Source: Chiloscyllium plagiosum
Taxonomy: Eukaryota
Reading direction: 5' to 3'
DNA: 50,113 bases
NCBI RefSeq assembly: GCF_004010195.1
Contig: NC_057718.1
Coordinates: 12,380,924 to 12,431,036 of the forward strand
Shown here in pieces: positions 48,759 through 50,113 of the stretch. Both the position numbers and the translations under genes were made by a program. Within the stretch, counting starts at the first letter, position 1. Each line of letters begins with the position of its first letter. Under the pieces are notes generated by a model. That model was not told the DNA's origin. It worked only from the letters and a program-made list of their open reading frames with translations, and searched no databases.

Positions 48759-49270
48759 GGGGTAGCGAGGTGGCTCTGTGGTTAGCATTGCTGACTCATG
48801 GCTTAGATCAGAGTGGTGGTGGAAAAGCACAGCAGGAAGGGCTTTTGCCCAAAACATCGATTTTCCTGCTCCTCAGATGCTGCCTGACCCGTTGTGCCTT
48901 TCCAGCACCACTCTGATCTAAACTCTGGTTTCCAGCATCTGCAGTCCTCACTTTTGCCTTGCTGACTCATGGCGCCAGGGACTCAGGTTCGATCCCACCC
49001 GTGGGTGACTGTCTCTGTGGAGTTTGTACATTCTGCCCGTGTCTGCATGGGTTTCCTCTTGGTGCTCCAGTTTCCTCCCACGGTCCAAGAATGTGCAGGT
49101 TAGCTGAATTGGTCATGGGAGATTGCCCATAGTGTCCAGGGATGTGGATTAGCCATGGCAATGCAGGGATATGGTAGGAGATGGCTCTGGGTGGGATGCT
49201 CTTTGGAGGGTCAGCAATGACTCGATGGGCTGAATGGTCTGCTTCCACACTGTAGGGACTCTGTGATTCC
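48759..49270 (+). mobile_element. HE1-type V-SINE interrupted in its tRNA head by a mini-PLE
   Basis: A-box at about 48771-48781, B-box GGTTCGATCCC at about 48986, then V-domain and tail. Confidence 0.88.
48803..48958 (+). mobile_element. 156-bp mini-PLE with inverted 5' segment; 15-bp perfect TSD
   Basis: TSD TTGCTGACTCATGGC at 48788-48802 and 48959-48973; 48803-48836 is an inverted copy of 48888-48921. Confidence 0.92.
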
Positions 49271-50113
49271 CTGTATGGGTCCTGCACCCAAGGTAGCTAT
49301 ACAATGCTGGTTGTTGGTATGCTCTCCTAAACCAGTCTGCCTTTGCTTGGCAGAATATCCACACAGTGGAGGATGCCAGAGTGGTAGCAATGGCTCCTTT
49401 AATAGTGGAGGGCCAATGTTTGTGCTGGAAGGGTGCATGCAGCTGGTGCTGGAGGCTAACCACTCTGCCATCACTTCCTGCTTGTTTATTCCTTATCTGA
49501 TGATTATGACAAAGTTGAACTGGTATGTGATTTCCATGGAAAAATGGAAGTACGGAATGCAATTGCAAGTATTGGAAAAGAAACTCAGGAATAATATAAA
49601 AGGAATTTAACTTATTTATAAAGTAATTTGGATATTGACATGTAGTTGATGGAAATAAGACAAAGACACAGCTATTTATTTCGCACTGACCAGTAACCTT
49701 CAACTTAGTCAAACAACAGCAGTTTTAAAAGGGTGAAGAGCAGACAAAGGAAGCACATGGTGGGGACAGTGCAGGAGAGAGGGAGAGAGAGATAGAGAGA
49801 GAACCTGCACAGTTACCGCCTTTGCTGTTTTTGAATTCATGTGTCACTGGACATCGGAGTGCGTCTGGGAAAATTAACAAACAGTGAATTTCACAACTAA
49901 TCTTGGAGGAACCGGTTTGGGCGAAGTTCACAACACAGAATCAGATAAGTTAATTCTTGTTTTAAGTCTGTCCAAGAGAAAGGCTGTATTAGTGAGTACA
50001 GTGGGTTCTTTCTTGATTATATATTTTTGGAGATAAGTCTCTTGATTAAACTTAAAATATAAGCCATAGCTATTAATTTAACCTGGGGCAGTGTTTGTAG
50101 AGGAATAAGACGG

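Noticed and set aside
790..48958. Recurring GATGCTGCCTGACCTGCTG... motif as a CRISPR-like array or repeated peptide gene (MLPDLL..., WCWKSTAGQAASEEQ)
   Set aside because: Copies are dispersed, in both orientations and TSD-flanked, so they are PLE termini; the peptides are incidental translations.
49720..50113. Possible LTR-like repeat at the right edge
   Set aside because: Truncated by the window; no terminal motifs, PBS or second copy to support it.

Overview
Repeat-rich vertebrate DNA, very probably an elasmobranch (shark): it carries HE1/V-SINEs, HER1/CR1-type LINEs and Deu-domain SINEs. No host protein-coding gene could be identified, so the window looks intronic or intergenic. It is a mosaic of CR1, L2, RTE and L1/Tx1 LINE fragments, several SINE families, a Ty1/Copia remnant, a tRNA-Gly(TCC) pseudogene and many Penelope-like element (PLE) pieces. 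The left edge holds an uninterrupted PLE ORF end (RT C-terminus, Cys-rich linker, GIY-YIG endonuclease). The main signal is about 15 copies, from at least 4 subfamilies, of a PLE terminal module containing a minimal type-I hammerhead ribozyme (CUGAnGA-A-stem II-GAAAC-GUC). Stems I and II covary between subfamilies, and one tandem pair has a compensated U3-A8 core. The module occurs as short non-coding insertions (about 70-650 bp) with 11-16 bp target-site duplications, in direct, tandem and fold-back arrangements. PLE hammerheads are known in general; the core variant and the TSD-flanked mini-elements are what merit follow-up. Other oddities are a 39-bp-stem hairpin at a LINE 5' junction, a recent 211/225-bp direct duplication and repeat-free blocks that may be conserved enhancers. 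All calls are by eye, with no database searches, and boundaries of old repeats are approximate.
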